DNA of 63,835 nt, counting the filler, from Licmophora abbreviata (lineage: Eukaryota): NCBI GenBank assembly GCA_900291995.1. It is 31 parts of 31 records of this genome, joined end to end, with 100 filler letters (N's around TTAATTAATTAA, not from the genome) between each part and the next. Parts side by side here need not be neighbours in the genome. Positions count along the whole stretch, not along the records: positions 23,591 to 25,319 come from OLMU01006439.1; positions 25,420 to 26,895 come from OLMU01006440.1; positions 26,996 to 29,200 come from OLMU01006442.1; positions 29,301 to 31,510 come from OLMU01006443.1; positions 31,611 to 33,816 come from OLMU01006444.1; positions 33,917 to 36,116 come from OLMU01006445.1; 25 more parts are not named here. One strand, written 5' to 3'. Below the pieces are notes generated by a model. The model was not told where the DNA came from, did no database searches, and saw nothing but the letters and a program-made list of their open reading frames with translations. The translations under genes were made by a program, and so were the position numbers. This document shows positions 23,591 through 36,216 of the stretch, in pieces; within the stretch, counting starts at the first letter, position 1; each line of letters begins with the position of its first letter.

Positions 23591-24926
23591 ACTCGATGAG
23601 GGCAGTTGTAGGACTAGTCGTGGGTGTTGCTGCTGGGCCAGAAGGAGCCGCTGTTGGCGATGTTGTTGTTGATGATGGTGGAGTACTCGATGAGGACGGG
23701 CTCAATGTTGGCGGTTCCGTTGGAACACTTATGGGAGCAGCAGTCGGCGAACTTGTGGGAAGCGGCGTTATTACGGGAGCAGAAGTCGGCAAACTTGTGG
23801 GAAGCGGCATTATAGCCTATAGAAATGGAAACGAGAGTGGTGTTAGTCTCTGCCCTCTTTTGCAAGTCAATGCCTACTCAAAACTGTTAAACTTACCACC
23901 GGGGATTGTGTCGTCCCTCCAATGACCACACATCGACCAACCACCACTCCATTCTGGCAAGCGTAAATGACGGTATCCTCTTCAATAGAAAATAAAGTGA
24001 AACCCGAATCGTTTGGAATGAACTCAGCCCCCTCAGGTGGGCAAGGATCTCCAGGTCCCAGAAATCCTCCGCCGCCACCTCCACCACCACCAGTGCCGCC
24101 TCCGCCACCACCAATGCCAGATCCGCTTAAAAAGTAAAGACTGCATCCAGTGCACCCACCAATGCCAGCTACACCTCCTCCACTGGGGATGTTGAAGTTA
24201 AACGAGATAAAATTGCCCACTGCAGCTCCTTGAAAACTGAACGTGATGTATCGCTGAAAGTAGGGTAGTAACAGAGTGCGAATGCATCATAAAAGCGTGA
24301 GTCGTCAACAAGAGGAACCAATTTCACATCAGGATGCCCTCTAAAGTACTTACTGGACTGGATCCATAGACATGAATGCATCTACCGACAATGACTCCAT
24401 TCTGGCAAACATAAATGACAGTGTCGATCCCATTCAGTGGAATGACGATGAATTCGCCGCTGCCTTCAACCTCGGAACTTCCCGACGGCGCTGGTGGACA
24501 AGTGGCGCCTCCAGTTTCGATATCGTCTTGCATACCCGAGGCAAACACTTGAGCACCAGGGGGGTAGAATACTTCGACAATGGCATCAGGGCTAGTCACA
24601 ACAGCTTCAAGCTCTATAATGTTCGAAGGACTGGCATCGCCAAAGTCTGCTTGCACCGTTTCCACGACACTTGTTGGAGTTTCAACCGGAAACGATGTAG
24701 TAGGCGATGGTGATGACATCGGAGAGGACTCGGTTGGCAAGGGCGTAATGGCGGGCGTAGGTGATGAAGGAACACTCATGTCCACCTGCAAAAGTCTCGA
24801 CCAGTAGTTCTTGTCCTCTTTTCCTGAAGCACCCGTCTCTACATCCATCGCATCTTCGCCAATACGGGCCTCGGCAAAAGACGGCATGAGCGCCAAGAGC
24901 ATTACAAGGGTTTTGAAAAGGTGCAT
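23591..24926 (-). CDS. Secreted Pro/Thr/Ser-rich protein with a duplicated Cys-containing domain (3' truncated)
   Basis: Exons 24926-24354, 24253-23897 and 23816-23591 splice in frame; signal peptide; RLLQ motif; two DTVIYxCQNGVxVGRC modules. Confidence 0.8.
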
Positions 24927-25187
24927 GGCAAGACAGTTGATTCTTGTCGGCTTGATGTTGGTTATTACATGAAGGTTCTTTTGTTAGTTGCGACGCTCGT
25001 TTGAGCGGCACAGGATTCGCAAAATATAATGCCGTACGCTCAACATCATCTCTCAAACGATCGTATTTAGCCTGCAACTTCCGGGGATATCGCCGAAAGT
25101 GGCATTGCGTGCTCGATATTTGCATATGTGATCGCTAAATGATAAAAAAATTATCAGCGAGCCAGCCGGTTAATTCGCTGATTTTTC

Positions 25188-25264
25188 TGCGGATTGTTCA
25201 CTATACGGATTGTATCATACTCGTACATTGCGGATTGTCGGGACAATCCGCATTTGCGGATTGT
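25188..25264. repeat. Cluster of direct and inverted (TG)CGGATTGT motifs
   Basis: Five copies, including the perfect 11-bp inverted pair 25229-25239 / 25242-25252. Confidence 0.75.
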
Positions 25265-25419
25265 TCTGGACCGTGCGGTATATTAGCGTATACCTGACAA
25301 ATATATACATATCATTATANNNNNNNNNNNNNNNNNNNNNNNNNNNNNNNNNNNNNNNNNNNNTTAATTAATTAANNNNNNNNNNNNNNNNNNNNNNNNN
25401 NNNNNNNNNNNNNNNNNNN

Positions 25420-26895
25420 CATGAGCCGCATATGTGTGCACGACGACCATGGGACACTCAAGGTGCGCCATCAGTAACGGCATGAGAGCCGTCAACTGTT
25501 CCGTCGTGAATTGGTTTCGGAACGTAACAACAAACTTCAACGCCGTGGCCCTGAGCATTGGACGGAGAGACATGTTGGGCTCCTGAAGCTCCGGGAAAAC
25601 TTGCGTGGTAAAGAAGGACATGACATCGACGGCGTCGTTGACCTGGGAAACTCCATGGAATGGGCTTTCCGCGCGAATCGAGATCCCAAACATGAGGTGA
25701 ATCTGCGAATGACGACAACGAAGACAAGGTGAGACACCGCAGGAACGGTAAGGCACATCACTTTTGGCCAAACGTCCCAAAACTCACAGCTGCGTCCTTT
25801 TGTGCCCATTCGTTTGCCGGATTGGCTGCGTACTCCGTCAGCATAGTTCCCACATGCTCCGAACAAATAGAAGTGCATTCTGCTTCAAATTGGCGACACA
25901 TTGCCTTCAACAACTCTTGACTGCGCTTTCGTCGCGAGTCACTGTCACCTCCTTCAAGATCTGTCGCGATGAACTCTTCAGGGTCATCTTCGAAGCGTTC
26001 TTCGTCAACCTGTGATGGCCAGCGAGGAAGAGGACGGTGAGTATCTGACCATACCAAAATCACACCAACACGACTGCATGCCGTAAACACGCTCTCTTTA
26101 CTTACTTCTCGAAGCATAAGGTTCGGAATGACAATCCTGGAAACGATCTGACGCAACGTTGCTTCCTCCTTAAAGAGTTCTCGGTGCATCGACTTTTGAA
26201 CCAAGGAGCTCAAGAAACGGATGCTCGACGTAGCGATGATATCATGCTTGGGCTTGTCTGTGATTTGCATAAGATTGTTCCACACCAAAGTGGTGAAATT
26301 GGGTAGGTAAGGAAGGAAGGGCTCCTCTGTGGATGCGAACAAAACAGAGAGAGGAGATCTATCGGTAAGCATGCAGTCGGTCCAAGCGCGCATTCAGATT
26401 CTATTCAAAGACGAGATTCAAACTTCTTACCATCTTTTCCACCGTAGAGGTCCAGATTTGCAACGATGGCAGCCTGCAACTTGTCAATGGGACTCGGTTC
26501 GTCGTCCTCGTCCTCGTCTACAAGCACAGGATTTTGATACTCAAGATACTTGGCAAAACCCGTCATCCACTCTTTGATATGATCTTCGAAGAATTCCGGA
26601 AGGTCATGAAAGTTCAGGGACATGAAGATTCGACAGATCAAACGAAGAGACTCAAAACGAGGAGCAAGCTGACTCGCATCGTTCGCATACGCATCGACCG
26701 CCTGTCCAGTCGTGAGGAACAAGGTCAAAAGCGGAGCTTGAATACGTTGTAAAACATAAATAAGGACTGCATAGAGTTCATCCGACTTGGCCATGTGTCG
26801 AAAACGCTTGAGAATCGAGTTTGCGGTCGCCAAGACGCCATTCACGACCGCGGTATCCGTCGATGTGAACTTCTGCACGAGTTCCGGCAAGAGAT
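25420..26895 (-). CDS. CSE1: Exportin-2 (CSE1/CAS), internal fragment
   Basis: NGVLATANSILKRFR, DLPEFFEDH, FEDDPEEFI..DLEG.D.DSRR; introns 26327-26430, 26010-26105 and 25703-25787 splice in frame. Confidence 0.92.
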
Positions 26896-26995
26896 NNNNN
26901 NNNNNNNNNNNNNNNNNNNNNNNNNNNNNNNNNNNNNNNTTAATTAATTAANNNNNNNNNNNNNNNNNNNNNNNNNNNNNNNNNNNNNNNNNNNN

Positions 26996-27016
26996 CATGG
27001 AGTCGCGCGTTATTCT
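26996..27016 (+). repeat. 21-nt contig-end overlap with 36217-36237 (reverse complement), probably within an LTR
   Basis: CATGGAGTCGCGCGTTATTCT is the exact reverse complement of AGAATAACGCGCGACTCCATG. Confidence 0.8.
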
Positions 27017-29559
27017 GTTCAGCAGGGTTAACGATATTAGAGCACAATTTTCTTGTTGACGATTGTCGGTACCGCAGAGAGAGCGTCTGCGGTCACCTTT
27101 ATTCAGTTTATCTAGACCCATGTATCTCTAGTAGACCGAGCACACTACTAAATGAGTGAAGGAAGGGCAAAAGCTTTGCCCGAGAGAGCGAGGAAAAGCT
27201 CTGGAATTTGAAGCGATTTGGTCCATGTCCGAGGGGACAATAATTTCCTATTTTCCTGGTTTGAGACGCCAGACAGTTTGAACCAAGTTCTCCGAACGAT
27301 AGCCACATGTGCCGATGATGGTTTAGGCACGGTGCGTTTGTGACATGTGAAAGCCCATTGGAGCGCCATGTACCAGAACACAGGGTAAGAGAGGGACGCC
27401 TCACACACCCTTCTTGATCCATCCAAGAGAACCACACGACAGTCAACGAGGACTGAGTGATATATGCTCGGGAACCGCCTGATTTATACTTGTGTATTCA
27501 GTGCTGGTAGAGTCATAGTATGTCTTATGCATGTTGCATAATCGATTGGGACCGTTTTGCTATTATGAGCATTAGATATATATACGCAATGAATGTTGTA
27601 TTCTGTGCTTCCCCAACTATTTGTGAACGATACCATATTACTGGTATAGCCTGCAGGGGATCAGGCCGGAGATCTATGTTGGTTTCCGAATTGGGCCTAT
27701 TCGGCTCAAAGTCAGTTAAGTATTTACTCACGTTTGGAGATGCCATAATATGCCCAACGTTGAAAAGACACGTGACTCACCAATTTGCAAAATGTGATTG
27801 CATCTAAGTGATGTCGGAAATGAGAGCAGCAGGACATGTTTGTTGTTGCCTTTCCGGTATGCACCTGTTTGCGCAGCAAGCATGGTGACCAATCTAGCTG
27901 CCCTATGCCAAGCATGTGTTCGCCTCAGTGGTGAATTCCATCGCTCAGTTGACGATACTAGCACTGCCGATGAAATGACGTCCAGATGACGTACGGAGTG
28001 TCGTTCGCGAGCTAAGAAGTGGAACAAGGTCTTTGAAGCCAAGTCAACCCCGTGGAATGTTCCCGGGTAGTACTAAAGACATGAATTGGCGAGAGACAGA
28101 GGACTGTTCCTGGTCCTTCTACGATGCTTCGAGGTGATAGGTGGATTGAGTACTCCCCTAGCCAAAGTGAAGTGCGACGATAATGGAAGTGGCTGCCTGA
28201 GTGCGATGACCCGAGTACTTGCTGTTGTGCATTACTCCGCAGAAATCATTCGCAAGGGACCCACGATGCCATGGTTCGTCAGACTTGTCAAGCGACAACG
28301 ACAAAGTCTGTGAGATCATCGCCAGGATGAAGCATGATCTTGATTGTTTGACTGACATCAACAAGTCGGTGCAGAGTCGCCGCGATGGACGAGAAGTGTT
28401 CCAGGAAAAGATCATCCACTACCTTGACATATGACATGTTGAGAAGAAGATGGCTGCGATAGCCAATGATAAGCTCGATCCCATGCATTTTACGAAACAA
28501 TGTCGTCGCTGGGATTCATCACAGAAGCTTATGAAGACATCATGTGATCCTTGTTGGCGTATGCCCCAAGGAGCATGAATAAGAGAACGGTAGAGAGTTG
28601 GTGCCAAGCACCATGTGATCCTTGAATGCCTCATGGAGCATGAGTACGATTCAAGCTTGTGCAACCACTTCCGAGTTTGTTGAATTGTTATCAGGACGCA
28701 CTCCATCTCGCAGAAGAAAATTGTTGGAGACGATGGCATTGATCGTTTCGTCTTCGTGGAATGTTTCCAAGACGCAATGTTGATGTGCGGACTGGTACGA
28801 TACAACTCGAATTCTCGACCCTCACGCATGCAGCGTGATTGTTTACGCAGGAGGCGTACAGAATGCGATGATAAAGCTGGCTATAATGGGAAAGCGAAGA
28901 TGGGGGATGAGCTGCTATGCTCTCTCTCTCCCTATGTGGTGATGCTGTTGACCCCTGGAAATGCCGATGAGGATTTGGATACGATATCCAACACCGGATG
29001 GTACATCCAGGAAAGCGGCCACGGAGGCAATAAGCAATTGCTATGGTCCTGCCTCGAGTGTGCAGTGACGAGTTTAGAGACGAGACGATCGGGAGACTCT
29101 AAGTCATGGAGACTCACGCCGACGTTGCTCTTCTTCTTAGTATGCGCTGACGCAGGTGTCGTCATTTTCGCATACTGAAGACCAGTCAGGATGACTGAGG
29201 NNNNNNNNNNNNNNNNNNNNNNNNNNNNNNNNNNNNNNNNNNNNTTAATTAATTAANNNNNNNNNNNNNNNNNNNNNNNNNNNNNNNNNNNNNNNNNNNN
29301 TTCATCGCGCGTGGTCCACACTTCAACGTCTCATAACCCGTTAAAGATCTTCGAAAATGTAGTCGTGGCGTGACGTGTACATGTCGCAAACGACACCACG
29401 AGACAGTCCGCAAGCTGGATTTGATCCGATTCATTCGTCATAGACAAGGGTGCCAAGGTGGCGACGTCGGCGTGGCTTGAACGCCGCGGGTTGCTTGAAG
29501 TGTTGAGGATGCGGAACCATTTTGACAGGGGCTTCCAGACTTGAACGTTCGCGTCTGTT

Positions 29560-31161
29560 ATGGAACGCAGAAAGGAGCCAGAAGGGGCTGGTAGCGACTT
29601 GGTTGGGTCCTCGCAAGAATGGGATGGGCGACAAGGGGGGCCATTGGAATCAAGAGCGTGGTCAAGGCAAGGCAGTGATTCTGAAAATGAAGGGTTTCGT
29701 TCAGGAGAGGCTCGTGTGCCATACTCGGTGGCTGTCGACGAACAGGGGTACTCATCGTCTGGGGCCATGAGCGACGAGCGCAACTTGGCCTATCGTCCAA
29801 TGCGTCTGAGTTCGACACGGTCCGTCGGCTCAGTGGGGTCGCAGGGGAGCGGGGAGCGATTTGTTTCCTACTCTGCTGCATCGCTTAGAAGCTACAGTGG
29901 CCCACCCACCGCAGCTCACCTAATGAATGGAGAAGCTCAATTCCCATCAGCAGGTCTCTCGTATGCGGCCTCGGAAGCAGCCAAGAGTGATATCGCTACA
30001 GTCTGTTCAGGAAGTGTCGCAGATGACATTGAAGTATCTAGCGTGCTGTCGGCAGAACTTAACGGCCCACAAGCTTCCTCTGGTGGTGTGGGGACTAGCC
30101 GACGACAGGCAAGCGGTGGGCGAGTGGAATTCGCTAGTCTCGCACAGTATGCTACTATCCTCCAAAACCCTGGACTGCCATTGACCTTTCAGCCGGACCG
30201 AATTTCACCGTTCCATCATGCGGAAACGGAACCTTCTTCCATGGTGGCATTGAACGATATGGGACCGCCTGTTTCAAGGGGTTTGCTCCTTCAGCCCGCA
30301 GGGAGCGGGTCGCGTCCAGGATCCGTCAAATCGTTTGGGTCCAGGGGAAGCGACGTCATCGCTCATGTAGATACGGATGACTGCGGTGGGTCCATCATTG
30401 AAAGCGTGACCGATGGTCATTCTGTTCACAGTCAGGAAGACACAGCTGTGGTCTCGACTGATGTCGGTGCCGTACATGCGCTGGAACAGGAGACGAACTC
30501 TGGAAAAGCTCCTCCGCTTGTTCATCCGTTGCTTCAGAATAGCAATGGCCGCGTCAGTCCCGGAGGTACTGTCTACAAAGGCAAAGGCGTTAGGCGATAT
30601 CAAGGTCGATATATGCATTTACCGCTCAAGCGCTTCACACAGAATGGAGTCAACATGGAAAGCGTGTTTAGAGACCCGCTTGTCGCAGGTCCGCTTCCGA
30701 CACCTCGTCAAGGGCATACGGATGACTATGATTGCCGACGATTCGGTCGAGACCACGACTGGAGAGAGCAGGAGCGTGAGCGCTACCCAGGTCGAGGTGA
30801 CTCGCCTCCAAAGGAACGCGCGTCACCACTGGAGCGGACCAGTGAGCGGCGACGGCAAGACCAGCGACGAGACAGCCATTATTTCGAGACGAGAAAGCGC
30901 TCTCAGAGTCGAACTCGGAGCAGAAGTAGAAGTCCACCTCCGCGTACTCAGAGTCCCAAGCGCAAAGGTTCTTCCCGCCATTCATTTCGAAGGAGGGAAG
31001 GCAGTAGTAGAAGTCCAGTTCGGAAAAAGAACGAGCGCCAAAGATCTAGAGGAGGTCGTTCAAGTCGCAGCAATAGGAATGGAAAACCAGGTCACCGAAA
31101 CGAGAGTCCTTTGGCAGGCAATCGGAGTCCAAGCACATATCGACGCACGCGTTGGAGCTAG
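29560..31161 (+). CDS. Hypothetical disordered protein with RS-rich C-terminus (true start may lie upstream)
   Basis: 533-aa ORF, Ser-rich, with an RSRSRSP tail. Confidence 0.65.
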   Translation: MERRKEPEGAGSDLVGSSQEWDGRQGGPLESRAWSRQGSDSENEGFRSGEARVPYSVAVDEQGYSSSGAMSDERNLAYRPMRLSSTRSVGSVGSQGSGERFVSYSAASLRSYSGPPTAAHLMNGEAQFPSAGLSYAASEAAKSDIATVCSGSVADDIEVSSVLSAELNGPQASSGGVGTSRRQASGGRVEFASLAQYATILQNPGLPLTFQPDRISPFHHAETEPSSMVALNDMGPPVSRGLLLQPAGSGSRPGSVKSFGSRGSDVIAHVDTDDCGGSIIESVTDGHSVHSQEDTAVVSTDVGAVHALEQETNSGKAPPLVHPLLQNSNGRVSPGGTVYKGKGVRRYQGRYMHLPLKRFTQNGVNMESVFRDPLVAGPLPTPRQGHTDDYDCRRFGRDHDWREQERERYPGRGDSPPKERASPLERTSERRRQDQRRDSHYFETRKRSQSRTRSRSRSPPPRTQSPKRKGSSRHSFRRREGSSRSPVRKKNERQRSRGGRSSRSNRNGKPGHRNESPLAGNRSPSTYRRTRWS

Positions 31162-31610
31162 CTAAGTTAAGTAGAATTCCCACCATTTCATCTCGTCCCT
31201 GCCCATCTGTCAAGCAAGCGGTGTCGATGCCATTTTCCGCCACATGATGTACTTAGTATACGAGGCCTCAGTACATCATACAGTTCAAGGTGCAGTGACT
31301 GGTTTACAAAATAATGGCCGAGCTCATATTGACCGATACCGAACCGCCCGTTTTACTTCTGTCGCCGTTGCAAGCAGAGACGAGATTGGTCTCGTTGCTC
31401 TACTCGTAGCTCTACCAAATGGGTAATGCAGCCTCTGTGTTGACCTTGCTGTATCGACGCACTGACGATGAACAACATTTATGGCGTGACGTCCAAAACG
31501 AGCTCGCAGGNNNNNNNNNNNNNNNNNNNNNNNNNNNNNNNNNNNNNNNNNNNNTTAATTAATTAANNNNNNNNNNNNNNNNNNNNNNNNNNNNNNNNNN
31601 NNNNNNNNNN

Positions 31611-31656
31611 TGATAACGATAGTAAGCCTATCAAATTAATGTTACCTTATTTATAA
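31611..31656 (+). CDS. rpl35: Plastid 50S ribosomal protein L35, C-terminal fragment
   Basis: DNDSKPIKLMLPYL* directly upstream of rpl20. Confidence 0.8.
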
Positions 31657-31675
31657 ATATTTATAAACAAATAAA

Positions 31676-32017
31676 ATGGTCAGAGTAAAACGTGGAAATG
31701 TAGCTCGAAAACGTCGTAAAAAAATATTATCACTTGCTAGTGGTTATCGGGGTGCACATTCAGTGCTTTTCCGAGTAGCTAATCAACAGGTAATGAAAGC
31801 TTTAAAACATTCATATGTTGGTAGAAAACAAAAGAAACGAATATTTAGAAAAATCTGGATAACACGAATAAATGCTGCATCAAGATTGAATGGTTTAACT
31901 TATAGTCGATTGATTCATAAATTTAAAAAATCTGATATTGATTTAAACCGAAAAATGCTATCTCAAATTGCTATTTTAGATACCGCTACATTCAAAGAAT
32001 TAATTGATGCGACTTAA
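31676..32017 (+). CDS. rpl20: Plastid 50S ribosomal protein L20
   Basis: [16 protein letters not shown]...WITRINAA...[12 protein letters not shown]-rich. Confidence 0.97.
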   Translation: MVRVKRGNVARKRRKKILSLASGYRGAHSVLFRVANQQVMKALKHSYVGRKQKKRIFRKIWITRINAASRLNGLTYSRLIHKFKKSDIDLNRKMLSQIAILDTATFKELIDAT

Positions 32018-32019
32018 TT

Positions 32020-32056
32020 AATTGGTTAAATTTTTTTTGTAAAAGTTTAACCAATT
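32020..32056. terminator. AT-rich stem-loop after rpl20
   Basis: AATTGGTTAAA...TTTAACCAATT inverted repeat. Confidence 0.6.
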
Positions 32057-32287
32057 TTTCCATATAGAATACGGAAAAACAAAAAATTATTATTTTATTC
32101 TTACGAAGTATTTCATAAAAATTCAGATATAAAATACCAGGACGCTAAACTATATTAGGTTCTGGTACCGTATTCAAAAATTAGTTTTTTAATGAATAAT
32201 TAAAAATGAATTTTATAATAATATGTATATATCTACATTACTTATATTTCATACAAGTTAATGTAGAAAATTATTCAAAGTTTTTAT

Positions 32288-33670
32288 ATGATGAGTGAAA
32301 ACGATGATTTAGAAAAATTAATTGAAAATCTCCCTTTCTTTCTTCAAGAATATTTAAATCAACATGATTCAAAAGATCAATTAATTGAAATTGTTTTAGA
32401 TTTAGGTCGACGGCCAGAAGCTCGTTTTATTACGGGCCCCGAATATTTATCTCAAAAAATTATTTCCTGGCAAGATATTGACTATATAACAAAACGAATC
32501 AGCAAATTTAGTAATGAAAACCGTGCAGGCATTGAACGTACTCTTCATAGAATAAGTTGTATTAGAAATAGGCAATTTTTAATAAATGGTTTAACATGTC
32601 GAGTCGGACGTGCTATTTTTGGAACCATTTCAGTCGTTCGAGATTTACTTGAATCTGAAAAATCTATTTTAATTTTAGGGAAACCTGGTGTTGGCAAGAC
32701 AACCATTATTCGTGAAATTGGTCGTGTTTTAGCTGATGAAATGGAAAAGCGTGTAATTATAATTGATACTTCAAATGAAATTGCTGGTGATAGTGATATA
32801 CCTCATTCTGGTATTGGACGAGCTAGAAGAATGCAAGTATCAAAAACAGAGTTACAACATCAAATAATGATTGAAGCTGTTGAGAATCACATGCCTCAAG
32901 TTATTATTATTGACGAAATTGGTACTGAGCTTGAAGTATTAGCAGCTAGAACTATCGCGGAAAAAGGTGTTCAACTTGTAGGAACAACGCATGGTAATTG
33001 TTTGGAAAATTTGATTAAAAATCCACCGCTCGCTGATTTAATTGGTGGTATTCAATACGTGACATTAAGTGACGATGAAGCAAAACGCCGAGGCACACAA
33101 AAAAGTATTTTAGAACGAAAGGCTTACCCTGCATTTGAAATTGTAATTGAAGTCAATGAGCAAAATTCATGGACTATTCATGAAGATGTTAAAAATTCTG
33201 TTGATCTTTTCCTTCGAGAGAATTTTTCAATAGGTCAAATACGACACTTTTCATTGAATGAAAAAATTCAAATCAGATGTCAAAAATCTCAGACTAACTA
33301 TTATCATTTATCAAATGGTAGAACTAATTTGACAGATTCTTTTGTTTCATCAAATAAAAATTGGCTTATATTAAATCAAATTCTGGATGGGAATACTTTA
33401 AATTTACAAACTAAAACCTTATTCATTTATCCTTACTCCTTATCAAGTAATTTATTGAGAGAAGTTTTACTGAAAACTGGGATAAAATTTGTGTTAACCA
33501 ATGAAATTAAAAAAGCAAATCTCATTGTAGGATTAAAAAAACATCTGAAACAAAATTTTAAATTGAAAAATTTAGCGAAACAACGTAATATTCCAATCTA
33601 TAGTTTAAATCAAGTTAGTTTATACCAAGTTACAAAATTAATACGTTCTCTTAATTCTAATCGTAGTTGA
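32288..33670 (+). CDS. ycf45: Plastid Ycf45 (SpoIIIAA-like AAA ATPase)
   Basis: [10 protein letters not shown], Walker A GKPGVGKT, Walker B IIIDEIG. Confidence 0.93.
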   Translation: MMSENDDLEKLIENLPFFLQEYLNQHDSKDQLIEIVLDLGRRPEARFITGPEYLSQKIISWQDIDYITKRISKFSNENRAGIERTLHRISCIRNRQFLINGLTCRVGRAIFGTISVVRDLLESEKSILILGKPGVGKTTIIREIGRVLADEMEKRVIIIDTSNEIAGDSDIPHSGIGRARRMQVSKTELQHQIMIEAVENHMPQVIIIDEIGTELEVLAARTIAEKGVQLVGTTHGNCLENLIKNPPLADLIGGIQYVTLSDDEAKRRGTQKSILERKAYPAFEIVIEVNEQNSWTIHEDVKNSVDLFLRENFSIGQIRHFSLNEKIQIRCQKSQTNYYHLSNGRTNLTDSFVSSNKNWLILNQILDGNTLNLQTKTLFIYPYSLSSNLLREVLLKTGIKFVLTNEIKKANLIVGLKKHLKQNFKLKNLAKQRNIPIYSLNQVSLYQVTKLIRSLNSNRS

Positions 33671-34348
33671 TGTGAAAAAGTTTTACTCCCACTTCCTAAA
33701 ATTGTTCATTCAAAATTCATGTCTTTTTGTAGCTTATTTGTGATTATTTAATAAAATTTTCAAATTAGCATTATACATTCTTTTACTAAAATTTATTAAT
33801 TAACTACTTACGAAATNNNNNNNNNNNNNNNNNNNNNNNNNNNNNNNNNNNNNNNNNNNNTTAATTAATTAANNNNNNNNNNNNNNNNNNNNNNNNNNNN
33901 NNNNNNNNNNNNNNNNTAACGGTCGGTTGAGCTGGCTTGTCTGTCAGCCAGCATGTCACCGCCCGACCTCCCAGTCCCGAATCTCTTGTCGGTGTCTGCT
34001 CAAATCATCTCGTCCCCGCGCCAATTTCAAAACGAGAAAGACGGAGAAAAACACACAGCTTGGCTATGCTTGGGCGTTCACAGCCTCCTCCTACAAGCAG
34101 ATCGACCAGCCGGAAAGCAAAGGGGAAAAATCCGTCACATTCTTTACTACGCCACAACAAAAGCGATCTTTGTAGGATCGGGAGTGGGCGAAACGATCAA
34201 GCATAGCTAGCTAGTTTCCCGGTAGCATAGTAGTCGAACAGACGAGACGGAGAACATTGATCTGTACAAAGTATCAATCAACGTAATCAACGTAGGCTAA
34301 AAGAATTAACAAGTCTCGACTCTCCTCTGCTACCATTCTCTAAGGAAG

Positions 34349-35523
34349 TCAATAGCAATCGTACACTAGGACGTTTCCATCCTTTACATGGTTCGCTCGG
34401 GCGTATCGGCCGGCAAAACGAGCCCCCGCTTCAGTTGGACTGGAGAAGGCTAAGAGTTCGGCTGAAACTACAAGCCCAAAGACCAATTTCGCACGTACAG
34501 CGTCAATGAGTCGCGTCGCAACGCCTTGCTTACGGACCGATGCGTGTACCCACAGCTGGTGAATTCCGGCTAGTGCTTTATTAGACGTCGTCGAGCGAGA
34601 CGAGGAAGATGCCTCGAGACGATAGGCCGATTGGATTATTTCGGCGGTCGCCATGCCAACGACACGGTTCTTGGCAATGTAGAGATACGCAGTTCGTTGA
34701 GCACCAGTGTCGCCGGTAGGTGAGAAACCAAGATCGTGGTCGACAATGGTCTTGACTCGCTTCACTTTGTTTCGAAGAGAAGCGCTGTCTGATGGGCGAA
34801 CCTGTAAACAGTGACAACACACACAAAAAACAATTTAGCGCAACGACCCCGCGTCCACAAAAACTCTGTCACGTCAATGCATAGACGACGAAACGCCATC
34901 GAATGAACGCGAACATACCTCGACAATCGAACCCAGCTTGTCACAATACACGACGCGACAGGACGATGCACTAAACGGAACCCCTCTTATGTAGTCTTGA
35001 CAAATTTTCGCGTGGTCCTTGGAATCTTCCACCAGACCATGGACAAAGAGCATCCCGCACGTACTACAGATTGTCCGCTTGGCAAAGTTGGACTGTCCCA
35101 AATCAAGGTACGTCTGTTGGAGCGATCGAGTGTGTTTGGTTGATGTATACGAAGCGGCGGTCGGTCTTTCATTAGCTGAATCACGAGAGGAACAAATCGA
35201 CACATCAGCAATAAGAGCTGACGGTAGAATCTTGCTCTTTTTAAAAAAAGGTGAATCTCTTCTGGTTCCGTCGTGTCTTCGGTGGGTGGCGTCCCTGAGG
35301 CCACGACGACTGGCGCATCCGGTGGTGTCCGAGGTGTCTGCGGAGAAACTGGTGTGGGTGGCGTCATGGGAAAGTCCGCTCTCGTTCTCTTGGACGATGA
35401 CTTCGGACAGTCACCAAACGAAATCATCTTTGGAGCGTTCGCTGGTCTGCCAAAGAAAGTCTGAAGTGAGGTTTGCCGTCGCTTGCCGGTCGTCGCGATC
35501 GGTGTATTTTTCGTTTCCGACAT
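34349..35523 (-). CDS. ECO1: ESCO/Eco1 cohesin N-acetyltransferase with an apparent -1 frame break
   Basis: PIP-like QTSLQTFF, QTYLDLGQ, C2H2-type CSTCGM...H...C, acetyltransferase GIHQLWV...AFSSPTEAG; intron 34802-34918; frame change somewhere in about 35410-35200. Confidence 0.85.
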
Positions 35524-36216
35524 TTCGACTTTCAAAGAGGTCGATTCCAGCGATTTCTTTTGACGTCTATCCACAATCTCGATATCACAGCTGCAATAAC
35601 TAGAGTCGGGTGGGAAAGGAGAGGGAAAAGAGCAACTCATACAACAACAAACTCAAACTGAGCGACCGTCGTGATGTGGAATTGTGCTGGTGCGCGCCAA
35701 AAATGAAAACGACCCAAAACCGCAACGAATTTGCGAGCTACCGCGAGCTACCCGGTATATTTCTCGAGCTCTCGATGACCCATAGAAATTCCTACCGGGA
35801 CGACGCCAAGCACATGGCATGTCCATCAACACACCAACGCCTCTAGAGCTAGCAACTGGTTAACACGGCATCTTCGTAAACTTGTACATATGAGACACTC
35901 TTACTTCTCTAAATTGAGCTAGTCTCGAGTAAGTGCAGCATGATGAGCTGCATTCCCGCTCGACGTTGCGAAGGAGTTGGCTAGTCAGATGGGAATCGAA
36001 GTCTCCTGGAACTGCGCGATATCACTCCGCTCTCTCGACGAAGGACAAGACGACCCACATCGAATGATCTCTCCTTATGCAGACTGGGACGTAAACGCCA
36101 AGCTTCCGCACGGAATNNNNNNNNNNNNNNNNNNNNNNNNNNNNNNNNNNNNNNNNNNNNTTAATTAATTAANNNNNNNNNNNNNNNNNNNNNNNNNNNN
36201 NNNNNNNNNNNNNNNN

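Noticed and set aside
27017..29200. Many short ORFs on both strands
   Set aside because: No recognisable motifs; intergenic or too decayed to call.
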